Of a stretch of 64,000 nucleotides of DNA, positions 8,966 to 18,765 are shown piece after piece. Source of the stretch: Gemmatimonadota bacterium (lineage in GTDB: Bacteria; Gemmatimonadota; Gemmatimonadetes; Longimicrobiales; Gaopeijiaceae). The stretch lies in contig JBDHHQ010000012.1 of NCBI GenBank assembly GCA_039589315.1, forward strand, positions 54,927-118,926, given 5' to 3'. Below the pieces are notes generated by a model. It saw nothing but the letters and a program-made list of their open reading frames with translations. It was not told where the DNA came from and did no database searches. How positions within the stretch are numbered: the stretch's first letter is position 1; every line of letters starts with the position of its first letter. A program made the position numbers and the translations under genes.

Positions 8966-10531
8966 ATGAACGTATCCAGGCGCCTCCTCGCGGGGGCAGT
9001 CCTGTTATTCTGGCTGGCAACCGTGGGATGGCAGGTGAGACGGGAGTACTTCCGTCCGGACCTGGCGCGCCTCGCGGAGGCCGCTGCCATGTCACTCTCT
9101 CCCGAGGTGCACTTCTACTCCCTGTCCATGGGAGACAGGTCCGTGGGCCTGGCCACGTCCAGACTGGATACCGTACCCGGCGGCTTCGTGCTGGAGGACG
9201 TGCTCTCCCTCGAGCTGCCGGCCCTCGGTCAAACGGGTACCGCGGTCGCTCGGACTCGAGTACGACTCGACGCCTCGCTCGTCTTGCAGGAGTTCGCCTT
9301 CTCGCTCGATTCAGAGGTGGGCCAGTTCACGGCCGACGGCCAGGTCGTGGGGGACTCGCTCCTGCAGGTCCGCGTGGACGCCGGAGGCTCGCCGCAGGAG
9401 CTGTCGTACCGGCTGGCCGAAGCGCCGGTGTTGGCTGCGATTCTCCCAGTCCGGCTCGCAATGTCGGGAAAGCTGTCCGTGGGCGAGCGAGTGCGGCTGC
9501 CGGTCTTCGATCCCTCGACGCTCTCGACCCGGACCGTCGACGTCCGGGTTCTGGAGCACGACACCATCGCCGTGCCGGACAGCGTCCATCTGGATCCGGC
9601 CGGGCGTTGGCACGCCGCCACGTGGGACACCGTTCCGGCATGGCGTGTCGCCGAGGCCTACGGAGGCGTGCGGGTGGAGAGCTGGATCGACGACGACGGT
9701 CGCATCCTCCGTGCGTCCAGCCCGCTGGGGTTCACGATGGAGCGGACCCAGTACGAGCTGGCACGTCAGGCCCGGGACGACTCCAAGGGTCAGGGCTCAG
9801 CGGTGGACGGCGACGTGATCCTGGCCACCGCCATCCAGAGCGAGGTGGACCTGGGAAGCGTGGAATCACACGACTCATTGTCCTTCGTTCTCGGTGGTGT
9901 GGATCTCTCGGGCTTCGATCTGGCAGGGGGGCGCCAGCGTCTCGTGGGAGACACGCTTCACGTGCGCCGCGAATCCTGGGCGGAGCTGGACCCGGGCTAC
10001 AGCCTGCCCTACAAACGGATGGACCTCCGCGAGGCGCTGCAACCGGAACCGCTGATCCAGAGCGACGATCCCCGGATCACGCGACGGGCCCGCCGCATCG
10101 CCGGACGAATGAAGGACCCGGTGGCGGTGGCACGACTCCTGGCCCGCTCGGTGCACGACATGCTGGAGAAGAACGTCACCTTCTCCGTTCCCAGCGCCGT
10201 CCAGGTCCTGGAGTCGGGGCAGGGGGACTGCAACGAGCACACCGTGCTCTACGTGGCATTGGCGAGGGCGCTGGGGCTGCCAGCCCGGACCGCCGTGGGC
10301 CTCGTCCACGTGAACGGCGCCTTCTTCTATCACGCGTGGCCAGAGGTCTGGCTCGGCGATTGGGTCGCCGTGGACCCCACCTTCGGGCAGCACCCCGCCG
10401 ACGCCGCCCACCTGCGCTTCGTGGTGGGGGGCCTCGCCCAGCAGGTCGAGATCGTCCGGCTCATCGGCCGACTACAGATCGACGTGATGGAGCCCGGCGA
10501 ACGACAGCTCCCGGAGGACCCACTGGCATGA
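8966..10531 (+). CDS. Membrane-anchored transglutaminase-like protein
   Basis: N-terminal TM; GDCNEH..LARALGLPAR, HAWPEVW, VDPTFGQ (Cys-His-Asp triad). Confidence 0.88.
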   Translation: MNVSRRLLAGAVLLFWLATVGWQVRREYFRPDLARLAEAAAMSLSPEVHFYSLSMGDRSVGLATSRLDTVPGGFVLEDVLSLELPALGQTGTAVARTRVRLDASLVLQEFAFSLDSEVGQFTADGQVVGDSLLQVRVDAGGSPQELSYRLAEAPVLAAILPVRLAMSGKLSVGERVRLPVFDPSTLSTRTVDVRVLEHDTIAVPDSVHLDPAGRWHAATWDTVPAWRVAEAYGGVRVESWIDDDGRILRASSPLGFTMERTQYELARQARDDSKGQGSAVDGDVILATAIQSEVDLGSVESHDSLSFVLGGVDLSGFDLAGGRQRLVGDTLHVRRESWAELDPGYSLPYKRMDLREALQPEPLIQSDDPRITRRARRIAGRMKDPVAVARLLARSVHDMLEKNVTFSVPSAVQVLESGQGDCNEHTVLYVALARALGLPARTAVGLVHVNGAFFYHAWPEVWLGDWVAVDPTFGQHPADAAHLRFVVGGLAQQVEIVRLIGRLQIDVMEPGERQLPEDPLA

Positions 10532-11388
10532 GCGAAACGACGTCGGCGACGACGCGGCCCGGGCTGGAAAGACCGGCCCCGGCGCAGTCTGGAGAGGCGG
10601 CCCGTGCGGAAGCGCCGGAGATCCTCCGCATCGAGGAGCTGGTCAAGAGATACGGCCGCTTCACGGCCGTGGCGGGGCTCGATCTCACGGTACAACGGGG
10701 ACAGATCTTCGGGTTCCTGGGGCCCAACGGGGCCGGAAAGACCACCACCATTCGCATGGTGGCCGGGATCCTGCAGCCAACGGCCGGCCGGATCGCCATC
10801 GCCGGGTACGACCTGGCGAGCGATCCCTTGGCGGCGAAGGCCCGGATCGGATACATCCCCGACAGACCCTACCTGTACGACAAGCTGTCGGGGGGGGAGT
10901 TCCTGCGGTTCGTGGCGGGGCTCTGGGGCAAGAACGGCAGTGACACCGAAGCGCGGGCCGACCGCCTCCTGGAGCTCTTCCAACTCACGCCGTGGAAGGA
11001 CGAGCTGATCGAGAGCTACTCCCACGGCATGCGCCAGAAGCTGCTGATCTCTTCCGCGCTGGTTCACCAACCGGACCTGATCGTCGTTGACGAGCCCATG
11101 GTCGGCCTCGACCCGCGGTCGGCGCGGCTCCTGAAGGACCTGCTCCGCGAATTCACCGGCCGGGGGGGAGCCGTGCTGCTCTCGACGCACACGCTCGAGG
11201 TCGCCGAGGCGCTGTGCGACGAGATCGCCATCGTACAGACGGGGTGCATCATTGCTCGGGGCACCATGGACGAGCTCCGCAGCCAGGCCGACGCCGGTGA
11301 GGCCCACCTCGAGGAGATCTTCCTCAAGGTCACGGGCGGTGAAGACATGGCCGATGTCGTGGCCGGTCTGAGAGACGCCTTGTCATGA
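10528..11388 (+). CDS. ABC transporter ATP-binding protein
   Basis: Walker A GPNGAGKTT, signature YSHGMRQK, Walker B IVVDEP; ATGA overlap. Confidence 0.95.
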   Translation: MSETTSATTRPGLERPAPAQSGEAARAEAPEILRIEELVKRYGRFTAVAGLDLTVQRGQIFGFLGPNGAGKTTTIRMVAGILQPTAGRIAIAGYDLASDPLAAKARIGYIPDRPYLYDKLSGGEFLRFVAGLWGKNGSDTEARADRLLELFQLTPWKDELIESYSHGMRQKLLISSALVHQPDLIVVDEPMVGLDPRSARLLKDLLREFTGRGGAVLLSTHTLEVAEALCDEIAIVQTGCIIARGTMDELRSQADAGEAHLEEIFLKVTGGEDMADVVAGLRDALS

Positions 11389-13097
11389 GGGCGGCAGCAA
11401 CGGCACCGGGCGTCTTCCGCCTGCTTGTCCCGAAGGTCCGAGTCAAGATCAATCGGGCCCGGAGCGAGGAGGGGCAAGGCGTCAAGGTGGTGGTTCTCGG
11501 GATCGCGGCCGCCGTGTTCTGGACGGTTCTGTTCGCCGTCATCCACCGCATGCTCCTCTATTTCCGCGGGACGCAGGGGATCGGGGACCTCCTGGCCGGC
11601 AAGCTCCTGGGCATGGCACTCCTGACGTTCGTCATGATCCTGCTCCTGTCGAACGTGATCACCGCGCTCTCCACGTTCTTCCTATCCGACGACCTGGAGC
11701 TGCTCGCCGCAGCGCCCCTGGATCCCGTTCGGTTCTACGGAGCGCGCCTGGTCGAGACCGTCATGGACTCGTCGTGGATGGTGGCGCTCCTGGCAGTCCC
11801 GCTGCTGGCCGCGTATGGCATGGTCTACGGCGGGGGGGTGGGATACGCGCTGCTGGCCCTGGTCGTGCTGGTACCCTTCCTGCTCATCCCCGCCGTGCTG
11901 GGCTCGGCCGTTACGTTGTTGCTCGTCAACGTGTTTCCGGCCCGCCGCACCAGGGACCTGCTCGCTCTGGTGGGACTCTTCGCGGCCGCGGGAGTGGTGG
12001 CGCTCCTCCGCATGGTGCGCCCCGAGCGACTGGTTCGGCCCGAGGAGTTCCGCTCCCTCGTCGATTTCATGGCGGTGCTTCGAACCCCGACCTCGCCCTG
12101 GCTGCCGTCGGAATGGGCTGCCGACACCCTGATGACGTGGCTCAGCGGCTCCTTCGACGCCTTCCCCCTGCTGCTGCTGATCAGCACGGCGGGGGCGTGC
12201 GTCGTCATGGGCGCCGCGCTGCACGGGCGCTTCTACCCGGCGGGCTTCACGCGGGCCCAGGAGGGGGCGGAACGTCGCGAAGGCCGTAAGCGCTCGGTGC
12301 TGGTCGAGCGGCTCATGGGGTGGTCCTCGCCCAGGGTCCGCCAGCTGGTCAGCAAGGAGGTGCGGGTCTTCTTCCGGGATACGACCCAGTGGTCCCAGCT
12401 CGTCCTGCTGGCCGTGCTGGTCGTGGTCTACGTCTACAACATCAAGGTCTTGCCCCTCTACACCGGCGAGACGATCTCCTTCTTCCTGATCAACCTCGTC
12501 TCCTTCCTCAACATGGGGCTCGCTGGCTTCGTCGTGGCCGCCATCGCCGCCCGCTTCGTGTTCCCCGCCATGTCGCTGGAAGGCCGCATGACTTGGTTGC
12601 TCCAGTCGTCGCCGCTGCGCGCACGCACGCTCTTCTGGGCCAAGTACGCTGTCGGGACGGTGCCCCTGCTGCTGGTGGCCGTCCCGCTCATCCTGGTGAC
12701 CAACATCATCCTGCAGGTGTCGCCGTTCATCCTCGCGCTGACGACGGTGACCATGATCGGGGCCACGGCGGCCCTTTCCGCCATGGCGCTTTCATTCGGG
12801 GCTCTGTTCCCGAACTTCGACACCGAGAACGTGGCGGAGATACCCACCTCGTTCGGGGGGCTGTTGTTCATGATGTCGGCGGTCGTGTACCTGGGCGCCG
12901 TCGTCGCCCTGGAGGCCTGGCCGGTCTACCGGTTCATGGCCGCGCGCCTCGCCGGGGCGGTGGGTGGCCAGAGTCCCCTGCCAATGGTCACTGGCCTCGG
13001 GAGCGCGGCAGCGATCACCGTAGCCGTCGTCTGGGCATCACTGCGTGTGGGCGTGCGGCGGGTCGGTAGCATGGGGGGCGCCGGGTCCTCCTCTTGA
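11385..13097 (+). CDS. ABC-2-type exporter permease
   Basis: Many TM helices in two halves; coupled to the ATPase. Confidence 0.85.
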   Translation: MRAAATAPGVFRLLVPKVRVKINRARSEEGQGVKVVVLGIAAAVFWTVLFAVIHRMLLYFRGTQGIGDLLAGKLLGMALLTFVMILLLSNVITALSTFFLSDDLELLAAAPLDPVRFYGARLVETVMDSSWMVALLAVPLLAAYGMVYGGGVGYALLALVVLVPFLLIPAVLGSAVTLLLVNVFPARRTRDLLALVGLFAAAGVVALLRMVRPERLVRPEEFRSLVDFMAVLRTPTSPWLPSEWAADTLMTWLSGSFDAFPLLLLISTAGACVVMGAALHGRFYPAGFTRAQEGAERREGRKRSVLVERLMGWSSPRVRQLVSKEVRVFFRDTTQWSQLVLLAVLVVVYVYNIKVLPLYTGETISFFLINLVSFLNMGLAGFVVAAIAARFVFPAMSLEGRMTWLLQSSPLRARTLFWAKYAVGTVPLLLVAVPLILVTNIILQVSPFILALTTVTMIGATAALSAMALSFGALFPNFDTENVAEIPTSFGGLLFMMSAVVYLGAVVALEAWPVYRFMAARLAGAVGGQSPLPMVTGLGSAAAITVAVVWASLRVGVRRVGSMGGAGSSS

Positions 13098-13173
13098 TCC
13101 GGCAGGTGCCCGTGCCTCTCCGAGGCCCGGGCACGCAGCGGTCCTCTCGACGAAGAGACCGAAGTCCGCCAGC

Positions 13174-13203
13174 TTGCCGCTTCCCGCCGGCAAGGCCTAT
13201 TCT
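13174..13203 (+). promoter_or_regulatory. Putative sigma70 promoter
   Basis: TTGCCG-N18-TATTCT upstream of the small ORF/terB pair. Confidence 0.35.
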
Positions 13204-13248
13204 GCGGGCTGATCACCCACCATCCGGATCCCGTGCGGGGACCTGCGC

Positions 13249-13407
13249 ATGCAGCTTCACACCCGTTTCCTCTTCGTCCCGATCGCCGGCGCGATGGCAG
13301 GCGCCATGGCAAGCGTCGTCGCCCCCGTCACAGCATTGGAGAACCCGCTCGGCGCGCGGGAGTCGAAGCTCGCCCCGCTCCTCCTCCCCGACCCCAGCCC
13401 CGCATGA
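13249..13407 (+). CDS. Small hypothetical protein (52 aa) coupled to terB-like gene
   Basis: MQLHTRFLFVPIAGAMAGAMASVVAPVTALENPLGARESKLAPLLLPDPSPA*; stop overlaps the next ATG (ATGA). Confidence 0.4.
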   Translation: MQLHTRFLFVPIAGAMAGAMASVVAPVTALENPLGARESKLAPLLLPDPSPA

Positions 13408-13895
13408 CCGTGCTCGACGCGATCCGCAGGTTCTTCGAGGAGTCCATGGGCGGCGCCCGCCCGGATGATCCCGAGCAGCCGGCCGAGGAGCGGGACCTCA
13501 AGCTCGCCGCCTGCGCGCTGCTTCTGGAGATCGCGCACGCGGACGACGAGTTCACCGACGATGAGCGGGACCACCTGGAACAGGCCATGCGCCGGGGATT
13601 CGGGATCGGCCAGATCGAAGCGGAGCAGCTCATCGCTTTGGCCGAGGAGGAGAGGCGACAGGCCGTGGACCTCTGGCAGTTCACGAACCTGATCTCCCAG
13701 AACTACACGCTGGGCCAGAAGATGGTGCTCGCCGAGATGATGTGGGGCGTGGTCTACGCGGATGGGATGCTGGACTCGCACGAGGCCTACCTGATGCGCA
13801 AGATCACCCACCTCCTGGGCCTCAAGCCCGGATTCCTGGCCGAGGCGAAGAAGCGCGTCGCCGATCCGCCCGAGCCCATCGATCCGGTGGATTGA
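13404..13895 (+). CDS. TerB family (tellurite resistance B-like) protein
   Basis: LAACALLLEIAHADDEF..E, VYADGMLDSHEAYLMRKI. Confidence 0.88.
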   Translation: MTVLDAIRRFFEESMGGARPDDPEQPAEERDLKLAACALLLEIAHADDEFTDDERDHLEQAMRRGFGIGQIEAEQLIALAEEERRQAVDLWQFTNLISQNYTLGQKMVLAEMMWGVVYADGMLDSHEAYLMRKITHLLGLKPGFLAEAKKRVADPPEPIDPVD

Positions 13896-14024
13896 GGGAC
13901 CCATCCCGCTGGTGGTGCGCGCCTCGCGCCACGCCGCTCGACCGACGCGCTGCCGCGCATTGACGGACGCGCCCCCTTCCACCAGTTTAGCGCCGGCCGA
14001 AAGACGACCTCCTGAGGACGACGC

Positions 14025-14171
14025 ATGAATCTGCTTCCCGGCGGGTACAACTTCATCCATCTGGTGTTCTGGACGGTGATCGCGATGGTCGTGGTGGGCA
14101 CGAACGCCGTCCCGATCATCCTGACCATCGGCGCGGTCTTGATGTTGCTGGAGTCACTGGGCAAAGCCTGA
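14025..14171 (+). CDS. Small membrane protein (48 aa)
   Basis: GAGG RBS; MNLLPGGYNFIHLVFWTVIAMVVVGTNAVPIILTIGAVLMLLESLGKA*; GC3-rich codons. Confidence 0.6.
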   Translation: MNLLPGGYNFIHLVFWTVIAMVVVGTNAVPIILTIGAVLMLLESLGKA

Positions 14172-14349
14172 TTCCACCGACGCTGGCGGTTCGAAGGGCG
14201 GTCCACCGGGGAACACGGGGGCCGCCCTCGTTTTATTCCACCATGGAAGCTCGCTGTGCTGCTCCAGCCGACGACCGCCGAGTGCCTCGGCGGGCCGAGA
14301 CGAGTCAGTGGAGGGCGGAGCGAAGCAGCGGCTCGGAGGATACCTACCC

Positions 14350-14631
14350 GTGCTCTTGAAGATACTGGGCGGTCTTCTCGCCCTCGCGGTTGGGCTGTGG
14401 CTGGGCAAGCCCGGCCGTTACGAACGACCTCAGGCCGAGGTGGACCAGGCCCTGGGCCGCAGTGGACCACGTCACTATACGAAGCGCTCTTTCACTCCGC
14501 TGGACTTGCTGCGGAAGAAGACCCGGGCCTCCAACCGAGCCGGGACCTTCCAGCTCGAGGATCCGGACGCGCCTCCCGCGGATCTGGACGAGCCCCGGGT
14601 GTCCCTGTCCCGCGCTCGCCGGCAGCGTTGA
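14350..14631 (+). CDS. Small single-TM hypothetical protein
   Basis: GGAGGA RBS before GTG; N-terminal TM followed by a charged tail. Confidence 0.65.
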   Translation: MLLKILGGLLALAVGLWLGKPGRYERPQAEVDQALGRSGPRHYTKRSFTPLDLLRKKTRASNRAGTFQLEDPDAPPADLDEPRVSLSRARRQR

Positions 14632-14670
14632 GGGGTCGTCCCGGTCGCTACCGGACCCTGCCGGACCGCG

Positions 14671-16245
14671 CTAGCCCCCTGGCCAAAAGGCGTTGACCGT
14701 AACCAGGATCGTCCCGATCACCGCGCCCAGCACGTAGCCGAGCCGGATGATGGTCCGGAGCTCCCGGTCGGTCACTCTTCGGATGATCTCCTCCATGCGC
14801 TGGGTCGGAAACTCCAGGACCTTCTGCTCGACCCGGCGGGCCACGTCGATACGCTCCACCACGTCCGGCACCTGGGTCTGGAGCCAGCCCCAGATGGGGT
14901 CGGCCAAGGCACCCTCCAGCCGCCGGGCGATGCCATCCGGGAACCAATCCGCAGGCGTGCCGATGGGGCGGTCCAGGACTGCGTCTACCAGGCGCGTGGC
15001 AGCTTCGCGGTAGACCAACCTGGCCGGCTCGCTGCGGGCGGCGGACGTGACCCAGCCGGAGAGCTTCTCGGGTGGGACCTTGTCGAACACCTCGCCCCAC
15101 GTGCGCGCCCCGGCCTTGTCCAGGGCCGTCTCCAGCTTCTCTACCAGGAACTGACGCGTGGCGGGGTCACGAGCCACGTTCACCGCCCATCCTGCCAGCG
15201 TCTTCTTGGCCTCCTCGACCGCCTCGTCGTCTGGTGCGCCCAGCACCGAGATCACAGGGCGCCGCAGGAAGTCCACCACTGCGTCGTTGACGCCTGCGGC
15301 CATCGCAGACTGGATGGTGGGGTCCCGGAGCATCTCGGAAAGGCGCTCGGCCCCCTCGGCTTCGATGGTATCGAGGACCTTGTCCACCGTATCCTCGGTC
15401 ATGATGACCTTGGCCACCACCCGCTGGTGGAACTTCAGGTCTCCCAGGAACCGGTGGAGGGTCTCCCGGATGAAGGTTTCGAACCGACTCCGGACCTTCA
15501 TGTCGTCCAGCAAGCCCCCCAGGCGTTCGATCGCCAGGGGCAGATAGCTCGCGACGGCCTTCTCGAAGGACCCGACCAGGCCCAGCGGCAAGACCTCCTC
15601 GAAGGTGCGGTCGGGGACGAGAAGCCTCCGGGCAGCACGGTCCAGGTAGTCCTGCACCGCGTCGCCGAAGTCGTCACTCTGCACGGCGCCGCCCAGCCAA
15701 TCCTCCACGGCCGACCTGAGCGCCACCTCACGGACTGGCGAGAGCAGCCCGGCAATGGGCTCGTCGGCCACGGCCTTCACCAGGTCGTCGGCCCGCCGCG
15801 AGGCGGTGTCCTCGAAGCGCCCGGAGTGAAGGTACTCCTGGAAGCGCTCGAGGCCGTTGCCCACGACGTCGTCCAGGATCTGGTCCAGGTCCTTCAGCAC
15901 GGGCCCGGGGAGCAGTTCCCGGAGCGACCCTCGCTCCACATGGAGTAGCTGATCCAGGAACGTAGCCAGCCGGTCGTCGAACGCGTCGCGGAACTCACCG
16001 TCCGCGAAGATCCGCCGCAGGTCCTCTTCGGTGAGGAGCCGCGTGCCCACGGTCCGGCCGATCGCAGCGGCGAGCCGCGGCTGGTTTTTCGGTATGGCGC
16101 CCTGGAGGAAGCCCATCCTCCAACGCCCCAGGCGGGGTGGGACGTGAGGGTGGAAGAGCATCCAGATGGCCACCGTGTTCGTGAGCCCCCCCGCCAGAGC
16201 CCCGAAGAGCACCGTGACGAGGGCGCGAACGAGTTCTTCGGACAC
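14671..16245 (-). CDS. DUF445 family membrane-anchored protein
   Basis: GGLTNTVAIWMLFHP, QGAIPK, and C-terminal RELRTIIRLGYVLGAVIG. Confidence 0.88.
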   Translation of the reverse strand: MSEELVRALVTVLFGALAGGLTNTVAIWMLFHPHVPPRLGRWRMGFLQGAIPKNQPRLAAAIGRTVGTRLLTEEDLRRIFADGEFRDAFDDRLATFLDQLLHVERGSLRELLPGPVLKDLDQILDDVVGNGLERFQEYLHSGRFEDTASRRADDLVKAVADEPIAGLLSPVREVALRSAVEDWLGGAVQSDDFGDAVQDYLDRAARRLLVPDRTFEEVLPLGLVGSFEKAVASYLPLAIERLGGLLDDMKVRSRFETFIRETLHRFLGDLKFHQRVVAKVIMTEDTVDKVLDTIEAEGAERLSEMLRDPTIQSAMAAGVNDAVVDFLRRPVISVLGAPDDEAVEEAKKTLAGWAVNVARDPATRQFLVEKLETALDKAGARTWGEVFDKVPPEKLSGWVTSAARSEPARLVYREAATRLVDAVLDRPIGTPADWFPDGIARRLEGALADPIWGWLQTQVPDVVERIDVARRVEQKVLEFPTQRMEEIIRRVTDRELRTIIRLGYVLGAVIGTILVTVNAFWPGG

Positions 16246-16287
16246 GAGATTCAGCTCGACCGGCTCGAGACCATGGGCGTCGTCAGG

Positions 16288-17322
16288 CTAGGGTTGGACA
16301 TGGCGGAGAACGCCTTCCACGGGGAAGGGCGCCCCCTCCACCACCAATGTGCCGCTGACTTCGAACAGCGCGTACACCGGAAGGCGCGCTCCGCTTCCAG
16401 GGCCTGCCTCCACCTCGGTGGTCTCGGCGCTCAGGGTGCCCTCGAGTGAACCGTCGGCAGATCGGATTCGCCAAGCCACGGGGACCTCTCGCCGCGATCG
16501 CTCGAACGCCCGGGTCTCCTCCCACGCCATCACTGCGTCGTTCCACCGGAGCTGCCGGAAGTCGACTCTGGCCCAGACCGAGGCCGTGCTGTCCGGCTGC
16601 TCGCTCGCGCGGGAGGCATCGACCACCATCTCCAGGGAGTCACCCGAGACGAGGAACGCCCAGTCGCCGCTGAAGCCTCCCGGAGGCCGGGTCCGGCTCA
16701 TGTCCAGGAGCAAGCCGCCGACGCGCTGACTGGACAGGACCACGTCCGCCTCGTGAACCCGGTAGATGGAGCCCTCTGGACTGTTCCACTCGGACAGCAG
16801 GCTGCCGAAACGGATCTCGAGCTGCCGTGCACCGCGCTGGAAGACGATCTCCTCGAGAGCGTCGCCAATGCCCACCACCAGCCGCAGGCCGCTGCGGGGC
16901 AGTGGCCGCCACGGGCTGCGGGTCGGAGGACCGCGCCAGGTCTCCTGGTAGAAGGCTTCCCAGGTGCCGTTCCGGGCGAGCCAGCCCCGCGCCTCCCGAG
17001 CGACGCCGTCGGGGCCGTCCCGGGCGGTGAAGAACCACGGTACCACCAACGTGCTGTCGGTTTCCCTCGTGAGGAAGACGATGCGCCGCTCGAATACGCG
17101 GGTGACGGCCGAGGCGGCTGGCACGCCATCCTCGACGGGAACGGCCTGTGGGTCGGAGTCCACGGTAGGCTCCTCGCCGCAGGCCAGGCAGGAAGCGACC
17201 AGCGCGGCGGCTGAAAGCCGGCGGAGACACGCGGATGTCCTGCCACGTGTGGCACCAGGGGCCCGGGCGCGCATGGACGCACTCCGTTCACCAGGGGAGA
17301 GGCGACGGCGCACTGACGTCAC
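16288..17322 (-). CDS. Hypothetical lipoprotein, beta-rich
   Basis: Lipobox CLAC; GTGA overlap with the upstream gene; C-terminal PVAWRI segment reminiscent of AttH/lipocalin-like folds. Confidence 0.6.
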   Translation of the reverse strand: MTSVRRRLSPGERSASMRARAPGATRGRTSACLRRLSAAALVASCLACGEEPTVDSDPQAVPVEDGVPAASAVTRVFERRIVFLTRETDSTLVVPWFFTARDGPDGVAREARGWLARNGTWEAFYQETWRGPPTRSPWRPLPRSGLRLVVGIGDALEEIVFQRGARQLEIRFGSLLSEWNSPEGSIYRVHEADVVLSSQRVGGLLLDMSRTRPPGGFSGDWAFLVSGDSLEMVVDASRASEQPDSTASVWARVDFRQLRWNDAVMAWEETRAFERSRREVPVAWRIRSADGSLEGTLSAETTEVEAGPGSGARLPVYALFEVSGTLVVEGAPFPVEGVLRHVQP

Positions 17323-17714
17323 GACAGGATCTGCCCCGGCGACGCTTCGAGGCGACGGTCCAGAAGCTGTAGGAAGCGACCGACACGGCGGGCGTTGACG
17401 CCCAGGTCCCAGCGGCCCTTTGGGGAGACGGCGGTGATGTCGACCCGCGTCTGAGCATCCAGATCGAGGGCTACACGAATGGTCACCTCGTCCACGACCC
17501 TCACCAGGAGCCGGCGCACCTCGACCTGGATCAGGCCGTCCTGGTCGTCAGCTCGGATCACGGTCCACCCACGCCCTTCAGTGGCCAGCGCCAACGCGGT
17601 CGACCACACCCGCTCGAAGGGGATCGCGTAGGTGCGTCCCCGCAGGCGAAGGTCCTCCGCGTCGCGGCTGGTGTCGACCCGGTTGGTCGAGAGTGCCTGA
17701 CGGATCCGGTCCAC
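17319..17714 (-). CDS. DUF1499 domain protein
   Basis: VDEVTIRV, TRVDITAVS..G.WDLGVNARRV..F. Confidence 0.8.
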   Translation of the reverse strand: MDRIRQALSTNRVDTSRDAEDLRLRGRTYAIPFERVWSTALALATEGRGWTVIRADDQDGLIQVEVRRLLVRVVDEVTIRVALDLDAQTRVDITAVSPKGRWDLGVNARRVGRFLQLLDRRLEASPGQILS

Positions 17715-17720
17715 CAGCGG

Positions 17721-18533
17721 TCAGCCTTGCCCGCCCAGACGGTATTTGATCGTCACGTTGGCCGTGACGACTTGCTGGCCCGGCTCGACCGGGGTGCTGA
17801 CGGCGGCCTCCATCATGGCGGCCCGGTACTGGGGCACGGGACCGGGGAGATTCGCTCCGCCTCGTACCTCCATGGGTGGGCCCAGCGGCACACCCAACGC
17901 CTGGGCCATGGCCTGCGCCTCGGCTCGGGCCCGTGCCACGGCCATCTGGAGCGCCTCCTGCCGGGCGGCGTCGGTGTCGGAGGCCTCGAAGGCCAAGGAT
18001 GCCACCCGATTCGCGCCAGCGCCGATGGCGGCGTCGATGACCCCACCCACCGCGTCCGGGTCGGAGATGGTGGCGGACACGTGATTCAGCGCCCGGTATC
18101 CGACGATGGAGGGGGCGCCCCTGGGCTCTCCGGTCGGTCGGGCGTACTCCGGTTGGAGCGTATAGCCATGGGTCTCGACGGCCAGGCCGGCGGCACCGGT
18201 TCCCCGAATGGCCTGCAGCACCTCGGTCATGCGATCAGCGTTGGCCGTGGATGCCTGCCCAGCCGTCTGTCCCTCCGTCTCCACGGCGAAAACCACCCTT
18301 GCCCGGTCGGCGGGAACCGAGACCTGGGCGGTCCCGCTCACCTCCAGAAAGCCCTGCTCCTCTGCCGCCTGGCGGGCAGCCGCCAGGAATGCGGCGTGCT
18401 CTGGGGATACCTCGTAGACGTGGGGCTGTAGATCCATGGGTGGGCGAGCCGAATCGGGAGGAACCTGGGCCGCCGCCGGCGTGAGCGTGACGAGCCACGC
18501 GAGGGCGGCGAGAGACCGGATGGCCGTGTGCAT
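17721..18533 (-). CDS. SIMPL/DUF541 (BP26-like) periplasmic protein
   Basis: VSGTAQVSVPADRA, GYRALNHV, AIGAGANRV, PVEPGQQVVTANV. Confidence 0.9.
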   Translation of the reverse strand: MHTAIRSLAALAWLVTLTPAAAQVPPDSARPPMDLQPHVYEVSPEHAAFLAAARQAAEEQGFLEVSGTAQVSVPADRARVVFAVETEGQTAGQASTANADRMTEVLQAIRGTGAAGLAVETHGYTLQPEYARPTGEPRGAPSIVGYRALNHVSATISDPDAVGGVIDAAIGAGANRVASLAFEASDTDAARQEALQMAVARARAEAQAMAQALGVPLGPPMEVRGGANLPGPVPQYRAAMMEAAVSTPVEPGQQVVTANVTIKYRLGGQG

Positions 18534-18686
18534 GGCCGCTATCTCCTGTCGATCTTGGACCTGAGGCTGGCGCCGATCTTCGGCGCTACCAGGGGAACGG
18601 CTCACGGCGGAACCGTCCATGAAGACTCTATACACCGGAGGCCTTGCGGGGAAGCACGATCCCCGAACGGGGACCGGGAACGGCGT

Positions 18687-18715
18687 TTGACCCCTCCACG
18701 ACCCCCGTCTATAGT
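18687..18715 (+). promoter_or_regulatory. sigma70 promoter of the nucleotidyltransferase gene
   Basis: TTGACC-N17-TATAGT, near consensus. Confidence 0.7.
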
Positions 18716-18765
18716 TGCCGCCCTCGGCGCTCTCGCGGATCCCACACCAGGAACACGGACGACTC

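Noticed and set aside
9028..10527. 786-aa ORF as an N-terminally extended ABC ATPase
   Set aside because: The extension is a shadow frame of the transglutaminase gene; the real start is ATG 10528
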